DNA of 64,000 nt, taken from an uncultured Ferruginibacter sp. Lineage in GTDB: Bacteria; Bacteroidota; Bacteroidia; Chitinophagales; Chitinophagaceae. How positions within the stretch are numbered: position 1 is the first letter of the stretch; every line of letters begins with the position of its first letter. The translations under genes were made by a program, and so were the position numbers. The stretch is from NCBI GenBank assembly GCA_964655055.1, contig CAZZLI010000003.1, forward strand, positions 2,381 through 66,380, read 5' to 3'. Positions 18,574 to 27,761 of this stretch are shown piece by piece. The notes below the pieces were generated by a model, which had not been told where the DNA came from, made no database searches, and was given only the letters and a program-made list of their open reading frames with translations.

Positions 18574-19929
18574 TCAGTCCTTCCAGCGCCTGAAGTCGAG
18601 TTTGATGGTCCGGCTAAGGACGATAGCAAGCCAGAGCAGCAGAACAGGAACAACAGTCGTCAGCATCCGTGTTTCCGCCGATCCGGGAATACTGCCGCCC
18701 AGGTAGATGAGGGTGAACAACAATAAAAAACGAACCGCGAAGGGAAGGCGTCGCCAGTTGACAAGCGTCGGGTAAACGGCGATCAACATCAACAGCAAAA
18801 GCGTACCGCTCATCGGCAACCGAGCAAGGGTCGAAGGCTTTTGCGGCATATACGAATAGGGAAAGTTAAAGAAGATTCTTCCCAGGTTGCTGAAACAGTT
18901 CCGGATGAATTTTACCGGATGATTGCGGATGTTTTCCATCGCTTTCCGCTTATAGGCATCATCACGGGCAACTCCGGTGTACCGGTCGAATGTGTCATAA
19001 TCGGCCTTGTGGCGGCGGTTGATGGAGTCCATATACGAAGACACATAAACGGTTCTGTTGATCAGATTCAATCCCCCACCCTTTGCCTTCTCTCTACCTA
19101 TATTCGTCAGGGATACCACATCCTCATCCTTTGTATCGGTAGGACCGGGCATATAGCTTCCGTATTCGTCCTCAAAGGGGGAAGACATCGGATAGAGATT
19201 GAGACCGGCCGAAGTGCCCCAGTAGAAATAGCGTCCGCTTAATGACAGCGTATAGGCCAGATACGGCAACACGCATAAAAAAGCAACCAGCAGCAACTGT
19301 AGCAAAGGTTGGTAATGACTGTTCCTCCGGTCAAATAACCATAGCAGGAGCATGCCCGCCAGCAGCAACAACAGTACATACCCGAAAATCAACTTGGTCA
19401 GGATGAGCAAGGACAAGGTAATGCCGGATAATAAAACAAGGCGGATGGAACCGGCACGGGATTTTGCATGCAACAACTCAGCAACCAGATATAAAAAAGC
19501 CGTAGTCAAAAAAATAGCGAGCGACTCGGAATAGAGCAAACCGATATAGTCAACGGCATTAAAATAAAACGCCCAAAAGAAGGAGGCCATCAACGTGATC
19601 TTTACCGAAACGAAACGGCGGAGGGCAGCATATAAAAAAACCAGAGAACCATACAAAAGCAAGCCGTTCAACAAGCGCATGATCAGCAAGGGTGCGTCGA
19701 GAAGGTAAAACGGCAAAAGGAAAAGGGGATAGCCCGGACCCACTTCCAGGTCTACATGGGGAGGGGGTGGAGAAAAGAAGCCCTGTGAAAGATTCCGCAC
19801 ATAATTCATGTGGCGCACTTCATCGCCATGAAGGCCTGCGCTGCTGGTAAAAACAATGAAGATGAGATAAACGAACAGAACCGGCAGAAAAAGAAGCCAG
19901 GGACGATCAAAAATCCGGCTGTTTTTCAT
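18574..19929 (-). CDS. GT-C fold glycosyltransferase-like membrane protein (ArnT/GT39/PMT-like)
   Basis: Polytopic; first periplasmic loop carries GDE, then PGYPLFL, YSESL and a large soluble loop. Confidence 0.65.
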   Translation of the reverse strand: MKNSRIFDRPWLLFLPVLFVYLIFIVFTSSAGLHGDEVRHMNYVRNLSQGFFSPPPPHVDLEVGPGYPLFLLPFYLLDAPLLIMRLLNGLLLYGSLVFLYAALRRFVSVKITLMASFFWAFYFNAVDYIGLLYSESLAIFLTTAFLYLVAELLHAKSRAGSIRLVLLSGITLSLLILTKLIFGYVLLLLLAGMLLLWLFDRRNSHYQPLLQLLLVAFLCVLPYLAYTLSLSGRYFYWGTSAGLNLYPMSSPFEDEYGSYMPGPTDTKDEDVVSLTNIGREKAKGGGLNLINRTVYVSSYMDSINRRHKADYDTFDRYTGVARDDAYKRKAMENIRNHPVKFIRNCFSNLGRIFFNFPYSYMPQKPSTLARLPMSGTLLLLMLIAVYPTLVNWRRLPFAVRFLLLFTLIYLGGSIPGSAETRMLTTVVPVLLLWLAIVLSRTIKLDFRRWKD

Positions 19930-20054
19930 GAGTGAATATTTATTTTTTCCGATGGCACTTGGAATGGCCTATTCTGATTTATGGTTGGTATCAAGCAGCC
20001 CTTACCGGTATTTAATTAATCGTTTGCTTTTTTGGAACCGTGGTTTTACACTGT

Positions 20055-21116
20055 TCAAGCCGAAGATTTTTTTCCGTCCGACTGCTGCACCCGAAGCGAA
20101 GTACCCAGATGGAACATTTCCTCGAAATAGCGCTTGTTCTGCAGCGAGAGGAATCCAAGGCCTAGAAATTGTATGGAAGCCAGAAAGGTGATACCGCCCA
20201 CGAGGAAGGATTGCGGATTCTTTTTGAACTGGGTTGAAAGACTCTCCGAGAACGGGTAATCCACATGGGGCACCTGACGGTACAGTTCACCCATATAGGA
20301 AAGCGTGTCATACAATAGCCAGACCAACTGGTAAAGGGAAAGACAGAGCAGGATTGCACCGATGCCCATGAAGAAGATGTAGGGCCTGAAGATGAAGCCC
20401 GACATCAGCCCGGAAAAGAAACTGCGTAATACCCGAAGGCTTGATGTGCGTTTCCCCTTGAACTTGTTCTGCTCGGTCCAGTCGAGATGCGCAGGAATCT
20501 CGATCATCCGGGCACGAAGGATCATCGACTTGTAGATGATTTCGGGCATCATCTCGTAATCGCGGGTTTTCAGGTTTACGGAAAGTATGTACTCCCTGCG
20601 GTAGGCACGAACCATTCCGGTAAACGTATAATATTTGTCCTGTGCGGCAAAGCTCATGAAGCGGTTCACCCATTTGCTCATGACACGGCGCTGGAAGGGA
20701 ACGGCGGTTACTTTTCCGCCCTTCATATAGGGTGAGGCGATTACAATATCGGCGGCATTGGCAACCAGGGTATCCACCATCTGTTCCACATATTCCACGG
20801 AATAGCTCAGATCCACATCCAGCACCACAATCACCTCCCCCGCCGAGTTGCGGAAACCCGTCTGCAAGGCCATACCCAGGTTGAGGTTCACGGGATGGTG
20901 GATGATCCGTACTTCCGGCCGGCGCCGGGCATAATCATCGCCGATAGCACCCGTTTTATCCTTGCTGCCATCGTTGACAATCAGGATTTCCCAGTTGTAC
21001 TTATGGCTCTTGCTTTCCAGATAGCGGATCACCACATCCAGATTTCCGGGAAGAATGGCCTCCTCGTTATAGCAGGGCAGTATGACGCTTATTAAAATCT
21101 TGCCAGTGGTATCCAT
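20055..21116 (-). CDS. Family 2 glycosyltransferase with C-terminal TM helices (polyprenol-phosphate sugar synthase, GtrB/ArnC/DPM-like)
   Basis: ISVILPCYNEE, IVNDGSKD, DVD, VIASPY..GG, two C-terminal TM segments. Start at ATG 21116 is supported by the upstream TATATTTG. Confidence 0.85.
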   Translation of the reverse strand: MDTTGKILISVILPCYNEEAILPGNLDVVIRYLESKSHKYNWEILIVNDGSKDKTGAIGDDYARRRPEVRIIHHPVNLNLGMALQTGFRNSAGEVIVVLDVDLSYSVEYVEQMVDTLVANAADIVIASPYMKGGKVTAVPFQRRVMSKWVNRFMSFAAQDKYYTFTGMVRAYRREYILSVNLKTRDYEMMPEIIYKSMILRARMIEIPAHLDWTEQNKFKGKRTSSLRVLRSFFSGLMSGFIFRPYIFFMGIGAILLCLSLYQLVWLLYDTLSYMGELYRQVPHVDYPFSESLSTQFKKNPQSFLVGGITFLASIQFLGLGFLSLQNKRYFEEMFHLGTSLRVQQSDGKKSSA

Positions 21117-21167
21117 CGAATTTTGAACGTTTACAATTACGGAATGATTGATCGGTTTTTTACGGAA

Positions 21168-21175
21168 CAAATATA
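21168..21175 (-). promoter_or_regulatory. Internal -7 promoter element TATATTTG upstream of GT2
   Basis: CAAATATA on + strand in an AT-rich gap 52 nt upstream of ATG 21116. Confidence 0.5.
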
Positions 21176-21254
21176 TAACTAATTGATTACGATGCCCTTG
21201 GGACTCAAACAACTTGCTTCGTATGCAATATTCATTAACTCCATTTGGGCAGAT

Positions 21255-22553
21255 TTATTTTACGCCGGGATAACCCGGCTGAATTTTTTTTGCAGATGAG
21301 GCCTGAATCAGGAAATAGGACAAGGTCGAACAAAGCAAAAAAACCAAAGCGGTAAACAATGAAACCGGTGCCACCAGAAAAACCAATCCTGTCAAAATTG
21401 TTTTCAGCAGGAGGTGTACTTCAAACGAACCGCCTTCGCGCATCAGGAGAAATACGGGAAACAGCAACATCACCCCGTAATAACTCAACGTTCCCGGGTA
21501 AATCAGCAAAGCAGCCAGCAACACAACAGGCCAGTGCCATTCCGCCCTATTTTTACGGTTGAGCCAATACAGAACAAACAGCGTCAGGAGCAACAGGCAG
21601 AACAAGAGCAAGGTGTAGGGCAGGGAGTTCTCGAGTGTAATCAGTTTCCACCGAAGCATCACAGCGAGCAGCGATTGGTTGATGGGCTCCTGGAATACCC
21701 AGGCAGGCAGCCTTTTGGAAGGATTGTCGAACAGGTAAGTGAGAAAGATTCCCTTTCCCCAGATTCCCAGGGTGATAAGACCATAAGCCAATCCCGTTGC
21801 CGCAGCGTACAGCAGTGCCTTCCATTGCTTCCGGAAAAGAAAAACCAGTCCGAAAAAAGCCATATAGGGTTTTACCAGAAATCCCAGCGCCAGAAATACG
21901 CCGGCAATCGGACGATGCTCATAGCGCTTCATCAAAAGCAAAAGATAAAGCGTGATGAAATTCGTCTGTAAAAACTGAACCGTTTGGCGGGAAGCACCCA
22001 GGAGCAGTACAAGGGTGGCAACCAGTATCCATCCCTTCGACCCCTGGTCAGAAAACCATATCCGGAAGATCTGATGGATGCAGAGCGGTAGGAAAAGCCA
22101 GGTGAATACCATCCAGGCTTTTTCGGCAACCGGATACGTCATTGCACCAAAAGGCGCATACAACAACATGGAAGGCGGAGGATACATGGCACCCGTTTGC
22201 ACGATTTCCTCCGTAAACTCACGGTAATCGAGCGGAGGCAGATCCGACAAGCCCGAAAAGACCTTGCCCAGATGCTCCGGATTATAAACATCATATCCAA
22301 ATACGGCAGCCTTGCCGTATAAATAAAAAGCGGAAAAATCAAAAACGGCCGGATGGTTTAAACGCTCTACCAGTTTCGCAATAAAGAAAACGAGAACAAA
22401 AGACAAGATAACCCGGGAGAGAAGGGAATACAGTTTTGCGGAAGGGCCGCCCTCTCTGCGCTGTTGATAAAAACAAAAACAGGCAGCCGAAGCAAGCGCC
22501 ATCGCCGTGAAAGGCTGTTGCCAGATCGACCGTATCCATTCGCTCCAATTCAT
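21255..22553 (-). CDS. Glycosyltransferase family 87 (DUF2029) GT-C protein
   Basis: DF..FY, YPP, Q.N, LG...KPY and NQS motifs; polytopic membrane protein. Confidence 0.78.
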   Translation of the reverse strand: MNWSEWIRSIWQQPFTAMALASAACFCFYQQRREGGPSAKLYSLLSRVILSFVLVFFIAKLVERLNHPAVFDFSAFYLYGKAAVFGYDVYNPEHLGKVFSGLSDLPPLDYREFTEEIVQTGAMYPPPSMLLYAPFGAMTYPVAEKAWMVFTWLFLPLCIHQIFRIWFSDQGSKGWILVATLVLLLGASRQTVQFLQTNFITLYLLLLMKRYEHRPIAGVFLALGFLVKPYMAFFGLVFLFRKQWKALLYAAATGLAYGLITLGIWGKGIFLTYLFDNPSKRLPAWVFQEPINQSLLAVMLRWKLITLENSLPYTLLLFCLLLLTLFVLYWLNRKNRAEWHWPVVLLAALLIYPGTLSYYGVMLLFPVFLLMREGGSFEVHLLLKTILTGLVFLVAPVSLFTALVFLLCSTLSYFLIQASSAKKIQPGYPGVK

Positions 22554-22586
22554 CAAGATAATTTAAATTTCAGAGCAATTTTCTGC

Positions 22587-24020
22587 TCATGTAGCCATCC
22601 ATAACAGCAATCCTACCAGTATGAAAATAACATAACTGACTTTATCCTTCAAGGCATAAATGATGGGGTCATCGGTCATGTTTCCCCTGTTGGTAACCAC
22701 CCATACCCTGCAGATCCAGAACAGGAAGAGCAGGCTGATACCCCACATGAATTTAGGATGGGTATAGAGTCGAAGTATTTCAGGGCTGTTGATATAGAGT
22801 GAGAAAACCACCACCGAAACGAAACCACTTACAACACCCATGGAACGGAGCAGGGGCAAATCGTCACTGAGATATTCCCTCCCGCGCTCGAGGAGGCCAG
22901 AGGTACCTTCCACCTTCATCAACTCCGAAAAACGCTTCACAAAAGCCAGGTTGAGGAAAAGGAAGGTGGAAAAAGCAATAAGCCAGAAAGAGATGGGAAT
23001 ATCGGTAGCCACACCACCGCCCACGACACGGGTCGAATAGAGCAGGGCAAGCACGAATACGTCCAGCAATACCAGCCGCTTCAAGACTACGGAATAGATA
23101 AGCGACAAGACAAAATACATAAACAATAAGGCCAGAAAATGCCAGCTGAGCAGAGCACCGGTTACAACACCGCATAGCAGCAACAGGATCACCAAAAAGG
23201 TTCCGGCCACCAGCGAAAGGTCGCCCGAAGCGAAAGGCCTTTTGCATTTTCGGGGATGGATACGGTCGGATTTCAGGTCAAAAAAGTCGTTGATGACATA
23301 TCCGGCGGATGCCGTGAAACTGAAGGCCAGAAAAGCCAGAAAAGCCTTGCCGATCGAATTACCGGAACCCAGGGAATGGGAAGTGATTACGGGAACAAAT
23401 ACGAGCAGGTTTTTCACCCACTGGTAAGCACGGATTGCCTTGACGGAGGAAATCAGAAAATTCGGCCGGTCGGCCGGCCAGTAATTCTTCAGCCGTGAAA
23501 CCTTACCGGTTCTTCGCTCGAGCCAGCGCGATCCGTTGACCAGATAAGCATAGCGCGCTCCGGCAAAAACCGGCAGGTCGGCATAGGAGTTGCCCACATA
23601 ATCGAATCCCTGTGCTCCAAACTTTTCGCTCAGCATGGCCTGTTTGTTGCTTCCTTTGAGGTTGACCGCATCGGTTCCGTAAACCTCATCGAAAAGCGGA
23701 TGCATAGCGGCAACTGACCGCGCGGCCGCCAATGGAGATGCGGTGGCCAGCACCAGCCTGCGGCCCGATTGCTTTTGCTCGCGCAGAAACTGCAGCAGCG
23801 ACTGGTTGAAGGGCAGGGTTTGATAGGGGAAGTCGATCCGGGAAAAGATCTGGTTCTTAAGCTTCACCTTTCCCTGAAGCAACCAGATGAAGCAATAGAA
23901 GATACGGAAAGGATTCCTACGGATGTACGCGACAAAACCCTCCATCAACAGGTCGGTGTTGATGAGGGTGCCGTCCATATCGACCACAAGGGGTATCTGC
24001 TTGTCAGTTTCCTCGGTCAT
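22587..24020 (-). CDS. HAD phosphatase-UbiA prenyltransferase fusion (decaprenyl-phosphate phosphoribosyltransferase-like)
   Basis: N-terminal DMDGTL; C-terminal R..QWVKNLLVF, YVINDFFDLKSDRIHPRK..RPFASG, KRFSEL, DDP...ALKD. Confidence 0.85.
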   Translation of the reverse strand: MTEETDKQIPLVVDMDGTLINTDLLMEGFVAYIRRNPFRIFYCFIWLLQGKVKLKNQIFSRIDFPYQTLPFNQSLLQFLREQKQSGRRLVLATASPLAAARSVAAMHPLFDEVYGTDAVNLKGSNKQAMLSEKFGAQGFDYVGNSYADLPVFAGARYAYLVNGSRWLERRTGKVSRLKNYWPADRPNFLISSVKAIRAYQWVKNLLVFVPVITSHSLGSGNSIGKAFLAFLAFSFTASAGYVINDFFDLKSDRIHPRKCKRPFASGDLSLVAGTFLVILLLLCGVVTGALLSWHFLALLFMYFVLSLIYSVVLKRLVLLDVFVLALLYSTRVVGGGVATDIPISFWLIAFSTFLFLNLAFVKRFSELMKVEGTSGLLERGREYLSDDLPLLRSMGVVSGFVSVVVFSLYINSPEILRLYTHPKFMWGISLLFLFWICRVWVVTNRGNMTDDPIIYALKDKVSYVIFILVGLLLWMAT

Positions 24021-24042
24021 ATTTTTAAAGGCAACTTTCGAT

Positions 24043-25020
24043 TCAGTCGCCCCGGATTGTTTTGGTTTTTAGCGGTTTGCCCGAAAGTGTTTTGGTGAAC
24101 GCCTCCATCGGCATCAGGTCGAAATGCTTCTTGAGCATGGTGATGGCAATCTCAAAGATTTTCAGTTTGCGCTCGCTCCGGATATTCATTCCCGGGAAAA
24201 AAGACAGGGAAGGAACATGGTCAGCTCCCATCAGATCAAGTGGATGCAGCAGATAACTGGGCGATGTCCTTGTTATTTTGCTCAAAAAAATCGATACCCA
24301 CAGATATAATTTCATAAGTCCCACCGACACGTTGCTGATATAGAGCAGATAGCTCTGGTGATATGGCAGCTTAAAAAACGGCATGGTGGTCACCGGAATC
24401 TCCAGCAGCTTTTCCCCTTTACCCAGATCCCATTGATAGGGCTTTAGCGGATAAAAACCCTCTTTGTAAGACCCGAAAAGTTCTTTGCGGCTCTCCTTTT
24501 CCTCTTTGGTGAGCTTGGAATTCCAGAAATAATACTGACGCATGAGCGGAGCGATGTAGGTAGGCAGTATGGAAGCGTCAAAAATATAGTTGCGCTTCTT
24601 TAGCACCTTAAGCAGGTCGTAACTCCAGCTGAAGCCGGGCCCGCGGAACATATTTGTGCGTACGCCGGTGGCCTTCAGGATGGCTTCTTCGGCGATGCGG
24701 ATCTCATTGTCGATCTTTTCGGCGGAATAGGTCTTCAGCCACGATTCATGATGGAAGGAATGATTGCCCACTTCGTGACCCCGTTCCACGATGCTGCGCA
24801 GCACCTTATGGTTCTTTTCGATGGCGGCGTCCTGCCCCACGATGAAGAAGGTGATTTTCACGTCGAGCTTGTCGAGCACATCGAGCACCAGCGGCAGAAA
24901 GACGTCGAGGTAGGAGGGAAAGCTTTCCCATCCATCGTCGCCGTGCACTTTCATATAAGACCACTGGTCGTCGAGATCAAGAGAGATACTGGCAGGCAGC
25001 TTCTGTTTACCCATTGGCAT
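24043..25020 (-). CDS. Polysaccharide deacetylase family protein
   Basis: SISLDLD, ITFFIVG, GHEVGNHSFHH, FRGPG, YLLHP.D. Confidence 0.85.
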   Translation of the reverse strand: MPMGKQKLPASISLDLDDQWSYMKVHGDDGWESFPSYLDVFLPLVLDVLDKLDVKITFFIVGQDAAIEKNHKVLRSIVERGHEVGNHSFHHESWLKTYSAEKIDNEIRIAEEAILKATGVRTNMFRGPGFSWSYDLLKVLKKRNYIFDASILPTYIAPLMRQYYFWNSKLTKEEKESRKELFGSYKEGFYPLKPYQWDLGKGEKLLEIPVTTMPFFKLPYHQSYLLYISNVSVGLMKLYLWVSIFLSKITRTSPSYLLHPLDLMGADHVPSLSFFPGMNIRSERKLKIFEIAITMLKKHFDLMPMEAFTKTLSGKPLKTKTIRGD

Positions 25021-25026
25021 TTGCTA

Positions 25027-26337
25027 TTAAGCGTTCAAAATTTCTTCCAGTTTGGTTTCTGCCACCCGCACGGTTTCATTCACGTTCAGGGTTCCGTCCT
25101 TGATGTGCGATGTGTTCACCACATACACATGCGGTACTGAAGTGCGGATGCCGGGCAGCTTGTCGGAGTAACCCAGACGGGCCACGGTGATCACATGCTT
25201 GGCCTTAGCCACGCCGGCAAAAACTATATCGGCCGCTGTGAGCGACGGATACATCTGCAGGAAATGGTCGAGGAAGTATTTCCGGATTTCTTCATCGGGC
25301 TTGTCGAACAGCGGATCATCGGCCACCACATATTTGGGCAGATAGATCAGCGAGTTCCCGCCGAGATATTTCGGGTCAACCAGTGCCGTCATTTCAATCA
25401 CCCCGGTAAAGGGGAACCGGTCGTCGGTGATGTTGGTGATGTAAAATTCGCTGATGGGCTTGCGCAGCAATACCGCCATGCAGATCACGCCCAGGTATTC
25501 CACCCCGTTGAGCTTTTCTTTTTCAGCGGAACTAAGTCCGGTGCAAAGTTGCGCCGCCATGGAAGAAGGCAGGGTGACAATCACCTCATCGAAAGAATCT
25601 GCCGATCCACCCGAATGCACGATGGCAGGTTTTCCGTCGGCTCCGGTGCGTATTTCGTTAACCGGAGTCCGGGTGTGAATTTTTACCCGCTCATCGGTCA
25701 ATGTTTTTTTGAAGGCTTCAATCACCTGCTTGTACCCGCCGGTCACAAAACCGAACATCTCTTTTTTGAGTCCGCTGCGCCTTGCACCATAAAGCCGCTG
25801 TATGGTTGCCCAGATGAATACGGCCGAAGTGCGCTTGTAACTGTCGCCCAGTTTGGCCCGCAGCAAAGGCAGCCAGATCTTGTTATAGGTATTTTTCCCC
25901 GACCAGCGCCGCAGCCATTCGGTTACCGGCACCTGCTCCAGCTTTTTCCAGTTTTTGATGCGCGATGCAACCAGGATGGTAAGACCAAGTCGGAATTTAT
26001 CAAACAGGTTGAGCGTGGGAAACTTGAGGAACTCGATGGTGTCGGACATGGAATGCAGCTTCCCTTCAATGTAGAATCCGGTTTTGGTTTCCACCCACTC
26101 GAGGTTGTTTTCCAGACCGATATCTTTAAGGATACTCCGCGTACGAAAATCGGACAGCAGGATGACATGGTAGAACTTATCCCACTCCACGCCGTCCATC
26201 GACCATGAACTTACCAGACCGCCCAGTTCAGGTGCGGCCTCGTAAATCGTCACCGAATGCCCTTGTTGGGCCAGCCGGTGGGCCAGGGTCATACCCATGA
26301 TGCCTCCTCCGACAATTCCCCATTTTTTTGCTTGCAT
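25027..26337 (-). CDS. NAD(P)/FAD-dependent oxidoreductase (amine oxidase/HemY-like fold)
   Basis: IVGGGIMG, YEA..ELGGL, DKFYHVIL, W.PLLRAKLG, GY..GG. Confidence 0.85.
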   Translation of the reverse strand: MQAKKWGIVGGGIMGMTLAHRLAQQGHSVTIYEAAPELGGLVSSWSMDGVEWDKFYHVILLSDFRTRSILKDIGLENNLEWVETKTGFYIEGKLHSMSDTIEFLKFPTLNLFDKFRLGLTILVASRIKNWKKLEQVPVTEWLRRWSGKNTYNKIWLPLLRAKLGDSYKRTSAVFIWATIQRLYGARRSGLKKEMFGFVTGGYKQVIEAFKKTLTDERVKIHTRTPVNEIRTGADGKPAIVHSGGSADSFDEVIVTLPSSMAAQLCTGLSSAEKEKLNGVEYLGVICMAVLLRKPISEFYITNITDDRFPFTGVIEMTALVDPKYLGGNSLIYLPKYVVADDPLFDKPDEEIRKYFLDHFLQMYPSLTAADIVFAGVAKAKHVITVARLGYSDKLPGIRTSVPHVYVVNTSHIKDGTLNVNETVRVAETKLEEILNA

Positions 26338-26394
26338 ACCGTTTCCGGATTTCTTCGATTCAGAAAATTGAATACCGTCTTTCAGACAAACAGC

Positions 26395-27369
26395 TTAGGA
26401 TCTTACCATGAACTGCTTCTGCCATTCGATGGTGCGGATCAGTCCGTCCTCCAGATTCCAGACCGGCTTGAAGCCCAGTGTGGTACTCAGTTTGGTAATA
26501 TCCGGAACCCTGCGCATCACATCCTCATAATTACCGAAGGTGGAATAGGGAATGAAGTTCAGTTTAGGCTCCGAATCGGGGCCGTTGATCAACCGCCAAA
26601 TGAGTATAGCGAGGTCTTTGATGGATATCTCTGTATCCGATTTGGGTCCGGTATTGAAGATTTCGTTGTCGGACTTGTTGCTCTCGATACAAGCCACGAG
26701 GGCGTTTACCGTATCGTCCACATAGGTGAACGTGCGGGTCTGGTTACCGTCGCCGTGGATGTCGATGGTTTCATTTTTATAGGCCTTCTCAATGAATACC
26801 GATTGGGGTCCGCCCCACCAGGTCAGGTTCTGGTTGGGTCCATAGGAACCGAAAAAGCGGGTAATGGTATAAGGCAACCCGTATTCGTCGTGATTGGCAA
26901 TGATATACTGCTCACCGTACATTTTGGAAAGCGCATAGGCCCAGCGCTTCACGGTGGTGGGGCCCATCACCAGGTCGGAACCTTCGGCAAAGGGAATGTT
27001 AGGATTCTTTCCATAGACATCCGAGGTGGAAGCAAAGAGGATCTTCGATTTGTCGAGAATACACTTATGCACCACATTACGGAGCATCAGGTAGTTTTCC
27101 TCCAGCGTGCGCAGGGCATTTGTGTAGCGGGGAATCTTCTGCGAAGCCAGATGCACGATGATATCGGCCCGAACGTCTTTCAAAATGAGCGGGTTGGCGA
27201 TATCCCCCACGATGAACTGGAATTTGGGGTGGTTGCGGATTACCTCCACGTTGCGCAAAAAACCATAGTTGAGGTTGTCCATACCGATGACCTCATGCCC
27301 CCGCTCGAGAAGGCACTTGGAAAGATTCGATCCTACAAAACCTGCTGCTCCTGTGATTAAGATTTTCAT
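26395..27369 (-). CDS. NAD-dependent epimerase/dehydratase (UDP-glucuronate decarboxylase / ArnA-dehydrogenase-like extended SDR)
   Basis: ITGAAGFVG, HLAS, FASTSDVYGK, RWAYALSK (YxxxK), RFF..YGP, GDG.QTR.F.YV.D, RR.PD. Confidence 0.88.
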   Translation of the reverse strand: MKILITGAAGFVGSNLSKCLLERGHEVIGMDNLNYGFLRNVEVIRNHPKFQFIVGDIANPLILKDVRADIIVHLASQKIPRYTNALRTLEENYLMLRNVVHKCILDKSKILFASTSDVYGKNPNIPFAEGSDLVMGPTTVKRWAYALSKMYGEQYIIANHDEYGLPYTITRFFGSYGPNQNLTWWGGPQSVFIEKAYKNETIDIHGDGNQTRTFTYVDDTVNALVACIESNKSDNEIFNTGPKSDTEISIKDLAILIWRLINGPDSEPKLNFIPYSTFGNYEDVMRRVPDITKLSTTLGFKPVWNLEDGLIRTIEWQKQFMVRS

Positions 27370-27761
27370 TGTTTACCTATTTGTTTTGATTCATGAGTGT
27401 TTTTCGGGTATTCCTGCCTTTTCTCCCCCTAAACTTCAGACCCGATTCTTGCCTTCATACCAAAACTCCGCCAAGCTTCGGCACGATGGCCGGGGCAAGG
27501 ACCGGAAATGGGTTTGTTCAGACCCGGAATAAGAAACTGGGATATTGAATCGGGGGCTCCGCATCATCCGCCTGTAACATTGAACTTTTACGAAAAAACA
27601 GGCTTCTGCAGGGGGTTAGATTACAAATGTAACCGCTATCCCCCGAAAAAACATGTTTTCCCGTGTCATCTAAACGATAACTGCCCGATTTTATTGCACA
27701 TACAATTATGTTTTTTTTGCAATAAAACAGAACCCGGAAGGATAAAAATGAGGAAAATCGC

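Noticed and set aside
22587-24020. UbiA as DGGGP synthase partnering the GGGP synthase, or as a quinone prenyltransferase
   Set aside because: The motifs (QWVKN, HPRK..RP.ASG, KR.SEL, DDP) and the glycosylation context fit the phosphoribosyltransferase subfamily.
18574-27369. Canonical arnBCADTEF (L-Ara4N) operon
   Set aside because: No aminotransferase, formyltransferase domain or ArnE/F flippase; the gene set differs.
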